Part shown: positions 51,001 through 64,000 of the stretch, piece after piece
How positions within the stretch are numbered: position 1 is the first letter of the stretch
Layout: every line of letters starts with the position of its first letter
Assembly: GCA_964016885.1 (NCBI GenBank)
Contig: OZ024740.1
Span: forward strand, 213,838,001-213,902,000
Direction of reading: 5' to 3'
DNA length: 64,000 nt
Source: Eledone cirrhosa
Lineage: Eukaryota
Made by a program: the position numbers and the translations under genes
Notes under the pieces: generated by a model
Databases searched by the model: none
What the model was told of the DNA's origin: nothing
What the model saw: only the letters and a program-made list of their open reading frames with translations

Positions 51001-54000
51001 TTATCAGTTAATGATAATGGCACCTGTCTTATCAGTTAATGATAATGGCACCTGTCCTATCAGTTAATGATAATGGCACCTGTCCTATCAGTTAATGATA
51101 ATGGCACCTGTCTTATCAGTTAATGATAATGGCACCTGCCCTATCAGTTAATGATAATGGCACCTGTCCTATCAGTTAATGATAATGGCACCTGTCCTAT
51201 CATTTAATGATAATGGCACCAGTCCTATCAGTTAATGATAATGGCACCAGTCCTATCAGTTAATGATAATGGCACCAGTCCTATCAGTTAATGATAATGG
51301 CACCTGTCTTATCATTTAATGATAATGGCACCAGTCCTATCAGTTCATGATAATGGCACCTGTCCTATCAGTTAATGATAATGGCACCTGTCCTATCATT
51401 TAATGATAATGGCACCTGTCCTATCGGTTCATGATAATGGCACCTGTCTTATCATTTAATGATAATGGCACCTGTCCTATCAGTTAATGATAATGGCATC
51501 TGTCTTATCATTTAATGATAATGGCACCAGTCCTATCAGTTCATGATAATGGCACCTGTCTTATCATTTAATGATAATGGCACCTGTCCTATCAATTAAT
51601 GATAATGGCACAAGTCCTATCAGTTAATTATAATGGCACAAGTCCTATCAGTTAATGATAATGGCACCTGTCCCAATTAGTTAATGATAATGGCACCTGT
51701 CCTATCAGTTAATTATAATGGCACCTGTCCTATAGTTTAATGATAATGGCACCTGTCCTATCAGTTAATGATAATGGCACCTGTCCTATAGTTTAATGAT
51801 AATGGCACCTGTCCTATCAGTTAATGATAATGGTACCTGTCGTATCAGTTAATGATAATGGCACCTGTCCTATGAGTTAATGATAATGGCACCTGTCTTA
51901 TCAGTTAACGATAATGGCACCTGTCCTATCAGTTCATGATAATGGCACCTGTCCTATAAGTTAATGATAATGGCACCTGTCTTATCAGTTAACGATAATG
52001 GCACCTGTCCTATCAGTTCATGATAATGGCACCAGTCCTATCAGTTAATGATAATGGCACCTGTCCTGTCAGTTAATGATAATGGCACCTGTCCTATAGT
52101 TTAATGATAATGGCACCTGTCGTATCAGTTAATGATAATGGCACCTGTCCTATCAGTTAATGATAATGGCACCTGTCTTATCAGTTAATGATAATGGCAC
52201 CTGTCTTATCAGTTAATGATAATGGCACCTGTCTTATCAGTTAACGATAATGGCACCTGTCCTATCAGTTAATGATAATGGCACCTATCTTATCAGTTAA
52301 TGATAATGGCACCTGTCTTATCAGTTAATGATAATGGCACCTGTCTTATCAGTTAATGATAATGGCACCTGTCTTATCAGTTAATGATAATGGCACCTGT
52401 CCTATCAGTTAATTTTAATGGCACCTGTCCTATAAGTTAATGATAATGGCACCTGTCCTATCGTTTAATGATAATGGCACAAGTCCTATCAGTTAATGAT
52501 AATGGCACCTGTCCTATTAGTTAATGATAATGGCACCTGTCATATCAGTTAATGATAATGGCACCTGTCCTATCAGTTAATGATAATGGCACCTGTCCTA
52601 TAAGTTAATGATAATGGCACCTGTCCTATCAGTTAATGATAATGGCACCTGTCTTATCAGTTAATGATAATGGCACCTGTCCTATCAGTTAATGATAATG
52701 GCACCAGTCCTATCATTTAATGATAATGGCACCTGTCTTATCAGTTAACGATAATGGCACCAGTCTTATCATTTAATGATAATGGCACCTGTCTTATCAG
52801 TTAACGATAATGGCACCAGTCCTATCGTTTAATGATAATGGCACTTGTCTTATCAGTTAATGATAATGGCACCTGTCTTATCAGTTAATGATAATGGCAC
52901 CTGTCCTATCAGTTACTGATAATGGCACCTGTCCTATCAGTTAATGATAATGGCACCTGTCCTATCAGTTAATGATAATGGCACCTGTCCTATCATTTAA
53001 TGATAATGGCACCTGTCCTATCATTTAATGATAATGGCACCTGTCTTATCAGTTAACGATAATGGCACCAGTCTTATCATTTAATAATAATGGCACCTGT
53101 CCTATAGTTTAATGATAATGGCACCTGTCTTATCAGTTAATGATAATGGCATCTGTCCTATCAGTTAATGATAATGGCACCTGTCCTATCAGTTAATGAT
53201 AATGGCACCTGTCCTATCAGTTAATGATAATGGCACCTGTCCTATCAGTTAATGATAATGGCACCTGTCCTATCAGTTAATGATAATGGCACCTGTCTTA
53301 TCAGTTAATGATAATGGCACCTGTCTTATCAGTTAATGATAATGGCACCTGTCCTATCAGTTAATGATAATGGCACCTGTCCTATCAGTTAATGATAATG
53401 GCACCTGTCCTATCAGTTAATGATAATGGCACCTGTCCTATCAGTTAATGATAATGGCACCTGTCTTATCAGTTAATGATAATGGCACCTGTCTTATCAG
53501 TTAATGATAATGGCACCTGTCCTATCAGTTAATGATAATGGCACCTGTCCTATTAGTTAATGATAATGGCACCTGTCTTATCAGTTAACGATAATGGCAC
53601 CAGTCTTATCAGTTAACGATAATGGCACCAGTCTTATCATTTAATGATAATGGCACCTGTCCTATAGTTTAATGATAATGGCACCTGTCTTATCAGTTAA
53701 TGATAATGGCACCTGTCCTATCAGTTAATGATAATGGCACCAGTCCTATCATTTAATGATAATGGCACCTCTCCTATAAGTTAATGATAATGGCACCTGT
53801 CCTATCAGTTAATGATAATGGCACCTGTCCTATCAGTTAATGATAATGGCACCTGTCTTATCAGTTAATGATAAAGGCACCTGTCTTATCAGTTAATGAT
53901 AATGGCACCTGTCCTATCAGTTAATGATAATGGCACCTGTCCTATCAGTTAATGATAATGGCACCTGTCCTATCAGTTAATGATAATGGCACCTGTCTTA

Positions 54001-57000
54001 TCAGTTAATGATAAAGGCACCTGTCTTATCAGTTAATGATAATGGCACCTGTCCTATCAGTTAATGATAATGGCACCTGTCCTATCAGTTAATGATAATG
54101 TCACCTGTCCTATCATTTAATGATAATGGCACCAGTCTTATCAGTTAATGATAATGGCACCTGTCCTATCGTTTAATGATAATGGCACAAGTCCTATCAG
54201 TTAATTATAATGGCACCTGTCCTATCAGTTAATGCTAATGGCACCTGTCCTATCAGTTAATGATAATGGCACCTGTCCTATCAGTTAATGATAATGGCAC
54301 CTGTCTTATCAGTTAACGATAATGGCACCAGTCCAATCAGTTAATGATAATGGCACCTGTCCTATCAATTAATGATAATGGCACCAGTCTTATCATTTAA
54401 TGATAATGGCACCTGTCCTATCGTTTAATGATAATGGCACAAGTCCTATCAGCTAATTATAATGGCACAAGTCCTATCAGTTAATGATAATGGCACCTGT
54501 CCTATTAGTTAATGATAATGGCACCTGTCCTATCAGTTAATTATAATGGCACCTGTCCTATAGTTTAATGAAAATGGCACCTGTCCTATCAGTTAATGAT
54601 AATGGCACCTGTCTTATCAGTTAATGATAATGGCACCTGTCCTATAGTTTAATGATAATGGCACCTGTCCTATCAGTTAATGATAATGGTACCTGTCGTA
54701 TCAGTTAATGATAATGGCACCTGTCCTATGAGTTAATGATAATGGCACCTGTCTTATCAGTTAACGATAATGGCACCTGTCTTATCAGTTAATGATAATG
54801 GCACCTGTCCTATCAGTTAATGATAATGGCACCTGTCTTATCAGTTAACGATAATGGCACCTGTCTTATCAGTTAATGATAATGGCACCTGTCCTATCAG
54901 TTCATGATAATGGCACCAGTCCTATCAGTTAATGATAATGGCACCTGTCCTATCAGTTAATGATAATGGCACCTGTCCTATAGTTTAATGATAATGGCAC
55001 CTGTCCTATCAGTTAATGATAATGGTACCTGTCGTATCAGTTAATGATAATGGCACCTGTCCTATCAGTTAATGATAATGGCACCTGTCTTATCAGTTAA
55101 TGATAATGGCACCTGTCTTATCAGTTAATGATAATGGCACCTGTCTTATCAGTTAACGATAATGGCATCTGTCCTATCAGTTAATGATAATGGCACCTGT
55201 CTTATCAGTTAATGATAATGGCACCTGTCTTATCAGTTAATGATAATGGCACCTGTCCTATCGTTTAATGATAATGGCACAAGTCCTATCAGTTAATGAT
55301 AATGGCACCTGTCCTATTAGTTAATGATAATGGCACCTGTCCTATCAGTTAATGATAATGGCACCTGTCTTATCAGTTAATGATAATGGCACCTGTCTTA
55401 TCAGTTAATGATAATGGCACCTGTCCTATCGTTTAATGATAATGGCACAAGTCCTATCAGTTAATGATAATGGTACCTGTCGTATCAGTTAATGATAATG
55501 GCACCTGTCTTATCAGTTAATGATAATGGCACCTGTCTTATCAGTTAATGATAATGGCACCTGTCTTATCAGTTAATGATAATGGCACCTGTCCTATCGT
55601 TTAATGATAATGGCACAAGTCCTATCAGTTAATGATAATGGCACCTGTCCTATTAGTTAATGATAATGGCACCTGTCCTATCAGTTAATGATAATGGCAC
55701 CTGTCCTATCAGTTAATGATAATGGCACCTGTCCTATCAGTTAATGATAATGGCACCTGTCTTATCAGTTAATGATAATGGCACCTGTCCTATCAGTTAA
55801 TGATAATGGCACCTGTCCTATCATTTAATGATAATGGCACTTGTCTTATTAGTTAATGATAATGGCACCTGTCTTATCAGTTAACGATAATGGCACCTGT
55901 CTTATCAGTTAACGATAATGGCACCAGTCTTATCAGTTAACGATAATGGCACCAGTCTTATCATTTAATGATAATGGCACCTGTCCTATAGTTTAATGAT
56001 AATGGCACCTGTCTTATCAGTTAATGATAATGGCACCTGTCCTATCAGTTAATGATAATGGCACCAGTCCTATCATTTAATGATAATGGCACCTCTCCTA
56101 TAAGTTAATGATAATGGCACCTGTCCTATCAGTTAATGCTAATGGCACCTGTCCTATCAGTTAATGATAATGGCACCTGTCCTATCAGTTAATGATAATG
56201 GCACCTGTCTTATCAGTTAACGATAATGGCACCAGTCCAATCAGTTAATGATAATGGCACCTGTCCTATCAATTAATGATAATGGCACCAGTCTTATCAT
56301 TTAATGATAATGGCACCTGTCCTATCGTTTAATGATAATGGCACAAGTCCTATCAGTTAATTATAATGGCACAAGTCCTATCAGTTAATGATAATGGCAC
56401 CTGTCCTATTAGTTAATGATAATGGCACCTGTCCTATCAGTTAATTATAATGGCACCTGTCCTATAGTTTAATGAAAATGGCACCTGTCCTATCAGTTAA
56501 TGATAATGGCACCTGTCCTATCAGTTAATGATAATGGCACCTGTCCTATAGTTTAATGATAATGGCACCTGTCCTATCAGTTAATGATAATGGCACCTGT
56601 CCTATCAGTTAATGATAATGGCACCTGTCTTATCAGTTAATGATAATGGCACCTGTCTTATCAGTTAATGATAATGGCACCTGTCTTATCAGTTAACGAT
56701 AATGGCACCTGTCCTATCAGTTAATGATAATGGCACCTGTCTTATCAGTTAATGATAATGGCACCTGTCTTATCAGTTAATGATAATGGCACCTGTCCTA
56801 TCGTTTAATGATAATGGCACAAGTCCTATCAGTTAATGATAATGGCACCTGTCCTATTAGTTAATGATAATGGCACCTGTCCTATCAGTTAATGATAATG
56901 GCACCTGTCTTATCAGTTAATGATAATGGCACCTGTCTTATCAGTTAATGATAATGGCACCTGTCCTATCGTTTAATGATAATGGCACAAGTCCTATCAG

Positions 57001-60000
57001 TTAATGATAATGGTACCTGTCGTATCAGTTAATGATAATGGCACCTGTCCTATCAGTTAATGATAATGGCACCTGTCTTATCAGTTAATGATAATGGCAC
57101 CTGTCTTATCAGTTAATGATAATGGCACCTGTCTTATCAGTTAACGATAATGGCACCTGTCCTATCAGTTAATGATAATGGCACCTGTCTTATCAGTTAA
57201 TGATAATGGCACCTGTCTTATCAGTTAATGATAATGGCACCTGTCCTATCGTTTAATGATAATGGCACAAGTCCTATCAGTTAATGATAATGGCACCTGT
57301 CCTATTAGTTAATGATAATGGCACCTGTCCTATCAGTTAATGATAATGGCACCTGTCCTATCAGTTATTGATAATGGCACCTGTCTTATCAGTTAATGAT
57401 AATGGCACCTGTCCTATCAGTTAATAATAATGGCACCTGTCCTATCAGTTAATGATAATGGCACCTGTCCTATCATTTAATGATAATGGCACCTGTCTTA
57501 TCAGTTAATGATAAAGGCACCTGTCTTATCAGTTAACGATAATGGCACCAGTCCAATCAGTTAATGATAATGGCACCTGTCTTATCAGTTAATGATAATG
57601 GCACCTGTCTTATCAGTTAATGATAATGGCACCTGTCTTATCAGTTAATGATAATGGCACCTGTCTTATCAGTTAATGATAATGGCACCTGTCTTATCAG
57701 TTAATGATAATGGCACCTGTCTTATCAGTTAATGATTATGGCACCTGTCTTATCAGTTAATGATAATGGCACCTGTCCTATCATTTAATGATAATGGCAC
57801 CTGTCCTATCGTTTAATGATAATGGCACAAGTCCTATCAGTTAATGATAATGGCACCTGTCCTATTAGTTAATGATAATGGCACCTGTCCTATCGTTTAA
57901 TGATAATGGCACAAGTCCTATCAGTTAATGATAATGGCACCTGTCCTATTAGTTAATGATAATGGCACCTGTCTTATCAGTTAATGATAATGGCACCTGT
58001 CTTATCAGTTAACGATAATGGCACCTGTCTTATCAGTTAATGATAATGGCACCAGTCCTATCAGTTAATGATAATGGCACCAGTCCTATCAGTTAATGAT
58101 AATGGCACCTGTCCTATCAGTTAATGATAATGGCACCTGTCCTATCAGTTAATGATAATGGCACCTGTCCTATGAGTTAATGATAATGGCACCTGTCCTA
58201 TAAGTTAATGATAATGGCACCTGTCCTATCAGTTAATGATAATGGCACCTGTCTTATCAGTTAATGACAATGGCACCTGTCCTATCGTTTAATGATAATG
58301 GCACAAGTCCTATCAGTTAATGATAATGGCACCTGTCCTATTAGTTAATGATAATGGCACCTGTCCTATCAGTTAATGATAATGGCACCTGTCCTATCAG
58401 TTAATGATAATGGCACCTGTCCTATCAGTTAATGATAATGGCACCTGTCTTATCAGTTAATGATAATGGCACCTGTCTTATCATTTAATGATAATGGCAC
58501 CTGTCTTATCAGTTAATGATAATGGCACCAGTCCTATCATTTAATTATAATGGCACCTGTCCTATCAGTTAATGATAATGGCACCTGTCCTATCATTTAA
58601 TGATAATGGCACCAGTCCTATCATTTAATGATAATGGCACCTGTTTTATCAGTTAACGATAATGGCACCAGTCCTATCATTTAATGATAATGGCACCTGT
58701 CTTATCAGTTAACAATAATGGCACCAGTCTTATCATTTAATGATAATGGCACCTGTCCTATCAGTTAATGATAATGGCACCTGTCCTATCAGTTAATGAT
58801 AATGGCACCTGTCTTATCAGTTAATGATAATGGCACCTGTCCTATCAGTTAATGATAATGGCACCTGTCCTATCAGTTAATGATAATGGCACCTGTCCTA
58901 TCAGTTAATGATAATGGCACCTGTCTTATCAGTTAATGATAATGGCACCTGTCTTATCAGTTAATGATAATGGCACCTGTCTTATCAGTTAATGATAATG
59001 GCACCTGTCTTATCAGTTAATGATAATGGCACCAGTCCTATCAGTTAATGATAATGGCACCTGTCCTATCAGTTAATGATAATGGCACCTGTCCTATCAG
59101 TTAATGATAATGGTACCTGTCGTATCAGTTAATGATAATGGCACCTGTCTTATCAGTTAATGATAATGGCACCTGTCTTATCAGTTAATGATAATGGCAC
59201 CTGTCTTATCAGTTAATGATAATGGCACCTGTCCTATCGTTTAATGATAATGGCACAAGTCCTATCAGTTAATGATAATGGCACCTGTCCTATTAGTTAA
59301 TGATAATGGCACCTGTCCTATCAGTTAATGATAATGGCACCTGTCCTATCAGTTAATGATAATGGCACCTGTCCTATCAGTTAATGATAATGGCACCTGT
59401 CCTATCGTTTAATGATAATGGCACAAGTCCTATCAGTTAATGATAATGGCACCTGTCCTATTAGTTAATGATAATGGCACCTGTCCTATCAGTTAATGAT
59501 AATGGCACCTGTCTTATCAGTTAATGATAATGGCACCTGTCTTATCAGTTAATGATAATGGCACCTGTCCTATCGTTTAATGATAATGGCACAAGTCCTA
59601 TCAGTTAATGATAATGGTACCTGTCGTATCAGTTAATGATAATGGCACCTGTCTTATCAGTTAATGATAATGGCACCTGTCTTATCAGTTAATGATAATG
59701 GCACCTGTCTTATCAGTTAATGATAATGGCACCTGTCCTATCGTTTAATGATAATGGCACAAGTCCTATCAGTTAATGATAATGGCACCTGTCCTATTAG
59801 TTAATGATAATGGCACCTGTCCTATCAGTTAATGATAATGGCACCTGTCCTATCAGTTAATGATAATGGCACCTGTCCTATCAGTTAATGATAATGGCAC
59901 CTGTCTTATCAGTTAATGATAATGGCACCTGTCCTATCAGTTAATGATAATGGCACCTGTCCTATCATTTAATGATAATGGCACTTGTCTTATTAGTTAA

Positions 60001-63000
60001 TGATAATGGCACCTGTCTTATCAGTTAACGATAATGGCACCTGTCTTATCAGTTAACGATAATGGCACCAGTCTTATCAGTTAACGATAATGGCACCAGT
60101 CTTATCATTTAATGATAATGGCACCTGTCCTATAGTTTAATGATAATGGCACCTGTCTTATCAGTTAATGATAATGGCACCTGTCCTATCAGTTAATGAT
60201 AATGGCACCAGTCCTATCATTTAATGATAATGGCACCTCTCCTATAAGTTAATGATAATGGCACCTGTCCTATCAGTTAATGCTAATGGCACCTGTCCTA
60301 TCAGTTAATGATAATGGCACCTGTCCTATCAGTTAATGATAATGGCACCTGTCTTATCAGTTAACGATAATGGCACCAGTCCAATCAGTTAATGATAATG
60401 GCACCTGTCCTATCAATTAATGATAATGGCACCAGTCTTATCATTTAATGATAATGGCACCTGTCCTATCGTTTAATGATAATGGCACAAGTCCTATCAG
60501 TTAATTATAATGGCACAAGTCCTATCAGTTAATGATAATGGCACCTGTCCTATTAGTTAATGATAATGGCACCTGTCCTATCAGTTAATTATAATGGCAC
60601 CTGTCCTATAGTTTAATGAAAATGGCACCTGTCCTATCAGTTAATGATAATGGCACCTGTCCTATCAGTTAATGATAATGGCACCTGTCCTATAGTTTAA
60701 TGATAATGGCACCTGTCCTATCAGTTAATGATAATGGCACCTGTCCTATCAGTTAATGATAATGGCACCTGTCTTATCAGTTAATGATAATGGCACCTGT
60801 CTTATCAGTTAATGATAATGGCACCTGTCTTATCAGTTAACGATAATGGCACCTGTCCTATCAGTTAATGATAATGGCACCTGTCTTATCAGTTAATGAT
60901 AATGGCACCTGTCTTATCAGTTAATGATAATGGCACCTGTCCTATCGTTTAATGATAATGGCACAAGTCCTATCAGTTAATGATAATGGCACCTGTCCTA
61001 TTAGTTAATGATAATGGCACCTGTCCTATCAGTTAATGATAATGGCACCTGTCTTATCAGTTAATGATAATGGCACCTGTCTTATCAGTTAATGATAATG
61101 GCACCTGTCCTATCGTTTAATGATAATGGCACAAGTCCTATCAGTTAATGATAATGGTACCTGTCGTATCAGTTAATGATAATGGCACCTGTCCTATCAG
61201 TTAATGATAATGGCACCTGTCTTATCAGTTAATGATAATGGCACCTGTCTTATCAGTTAATGATAATGGCACCTGTCTTATCAGTTAACGATAATGGCAC
61301 CTGTCCTATCAGTTAATGATAATGGCACCTGTCTTATCAGTTAATGATAATGGCACCTGTCTTATCAGTTAATGATAATGGCACCTGTCCTATCGTTTAA
61401 TGATAATGGCACAAGTCCTATCAGTTAATGATAATGGCACCTGTCCTATTAGTTAATGATAATGGCACCTGTCCTATCAGTTAATGATAATGGCACCTGT
61501 CCTATCAGTTATTGATAATGGCACCTGTCTTATCAGTTAATGATAATGGCACCTGTCCTATCAGTTAATAATAATGGCACCTGTCCTATCAGTTAATGAT
61601 AATGGCACCTGTCCTATCATTTAATGATAATGGCACCTGTCTTATCAGTTAATGATAAAGGCACCTGTCTTATCAGTTAACGATAATGGCACCAGTCCAA
61701 TCAGTTAATGATAATGGCACCTGTCTTATCAGTTAATGATAATGGCACCTGTCTTATCAGTTAATGATAATGGCACCTGTCTTATCAGTTAATGATAATG
61801 GCACCTGTCTTATCAGTTAATGATAATGGCACCTGTCTTATCAGTTAATGATAATGGCACCTGTCTTATCAGTTAATGATTATGGCACCTGTCTTATCAG
61901 TTAATGATAATGGCACCTGTCCTATCATTTAATGATAATGGCACCTGTCCTATCGTTTAATGATAATGGCACAAGTCCTATCAGTTAATGATAATGGCAC
62001 CTGTCCTATTAGTTAATGATAATGGCACCTGTCCTATCGTTTAATGATAATGGCACAAGTCCTATCAGTTAATGATAATGGCACCTGTCCTATTAGTTAA
62101 TGATAATGGCACCTGTCTTATCAGTTAATGATAATGGCACCTGTCTTATCAGTTAACGATAATGGCACCTGTCTTATCAGTTAATGATAATGGCACCAGT
62201 CCTATCAGTTAATGATAATGGCACCAGTCCTATCAGTTAATGATAATGGCACCTGTCCTATCAGTTAATGATAATGGCACCTGTCCTATCAGTTAATGAT
62301 AATGGCACCTGTCCTATGAGTTAATGATAATGGCACCTGTCCTATAAGTTAATGATAATGGCACCTGTCCTATCAGTTAATGATAATGGCACCTGTCTTA
62401 TCAGTTAATGACAATGGCACCTGTCCTATCGTTTAATGATAATGGCACAAGTCCTATCAGTTAATGATAATGGCACCTGTCCTATTAGTTAATGATAATG
62501 GCACCTGTCCTATCAGTTAATGATAATGGCACCTGTCCTATCAGTTAATGATAATGGCACCTGTCCTATCAGTTAATGATAATGGCACCTGTCTTATCAG
62601 TTAATGATAATGGCACCTGTCTTATCATTTAATGATAATGGCACCTGTCTTATCAGTTAATGATAATGGCACCAGTCCTATCATTTAATTATAATGGCAC
62701 CTGTCCTATCAGTTAATGATAATGGCACCTGTCCTATCATTTAATGATAATGGCACCAGTCCTATCATTTAATGATAATGGCACCTGTTTTATCAGTTAA
62801 CGATAATGGCACCAGTCCTATCATTTAATGATAATGGCACCTGTCTTATCAGTTAACAATAATGGCACCAGTCTTATCATTTAATGATAATGGCACCTGT
62901 CCTATCAGTTAATGATAATGGCACCTGTCCTATCAGTTAATGATAATGGCACCTGTCTTATCAGTTAATGATAATGGCACCTGTCCTATCAGTTAATGAT

Positions 63001-64000
63001 AATGGCACCTGTCCTATCAGTTAATGATAATGGCACCTGTCCTATCAGTTAATGATAATGGCACCTGTCTTATCAGTTAATGATAATGGCACCTGTCTTA
63101 TCAGTTAATGATAATGGCACCTGTCTTATCAGTTAATGATAATGGCACCTGTCTTATCAGTTAATGATAATGGCACCAGTCCTATCAGTTAATGATAATG
63201 GCACCTGTCCTATCAGTTAATGATAATGGCACCTGTCCTATCAGTTAATGATAATGGCACCTGTCCTATCAGTTAATGATAATGGCACCTGTCCTATGAG
63301 TTAATGATAATGGCACCTGTCCTATCAGTTAATGATAATGGCACCTGTCCTATCAGTTAATGATAATGGCACCTGTCTTATCAGTTAATCATAATGGCAC
63401 CTGTCCTATCAGTTCATGATAATTGCACCTGTCCTATCAGTGAATGATAATGGCACCTGTCTTATCAGCTAATGATAATGGCACCTGTCCTATCAGTTAA
63501 TGATAATGGCACCTGTCCTATGAGTTAATGATAATGGCACCTGTCCTATCAGTTAATGATAATGGCACCTGTCCTATCAGTTAATGGTAATGGCACCTGT
63601 CTTATCAGTTAATGATAATGGCACCTGTCCTATCAGTTAATGATAATGGCATCTGTCCTATCAGTTAATGATAATGGCACCTGTCCTATCAGTTAATGAT
63701 AATGGCACCTGTCTTATCAGTTAATGATAATGGCACTTGTCCTATCAGTTCATGATAATGGCACCTGTCCTATCAGTTAATGATAATGGCACCAGTCCTA
63801 TCATTTAATGATAATGGCACCAGTCCTATCATTTAATGATAATGGCACCTGTCTTATCAGTTAATGATAATGGCACCAGTCCTATCAGTTAATGATAATG
63901 GCACCTGTCCTATAGTTTAATGATAATGGCACCAGTCCTATCAGTTAATGATAATGGCACCTGTCCTATCAGTTAATGATAATGGCACCTGTCTTATCAG
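45057..64000. repeat. 28-bp intronic satellite, about 675 copies, continues past the window end
   Basis: taatgataatggcacc(t/a)gtc(c/t)tatca(g/t)t. The ORF track shows no ORF starting within it. Confidence 0.98.

Overview
AT-rich, repeat-dense animal genomic DNA. The SINE, RTE and microsatellite landscape suggests an octopus or other cephalopod (inference). The only host gene I can support is a + strand katanin p80 (KATNB1) homologue: eight GT-AG exons (16727-44239, 818 nt) splice in phase into the N-terminal WD40 propeller. The start-codon exon is not securely located and the 3' exons lie beyond the window. About 60% of the window is tandem arrays: 48-bp (2.6 kb), 23-bp (1 kb), 65/69-bp (10.4 kb), 26/28-bp (5.9 kb) and 28-bp (>18.9 kb, running off the end), plus a 0.7-kb pyrimidine tract. 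These arrays generate most of the long ORFs in the ORF track, which are spurious. Mobile elements include two tRNA-derived SINE families, RTE and CR1-type LINE fragments, TTAA (piggyBac-type) and TA (mariner-type) MITEs, and a cleanly bounded non-autonomous Helitron with a possibly captured promoter/first-exon fragment. I found no convincing new protein-coding system. The most interesting signals are minisatellites that appear to arise from retroposon parts, an inverted SINE pair, splice-site-like motifs in an intronic satellite, and multi-kb higher-order duplications.
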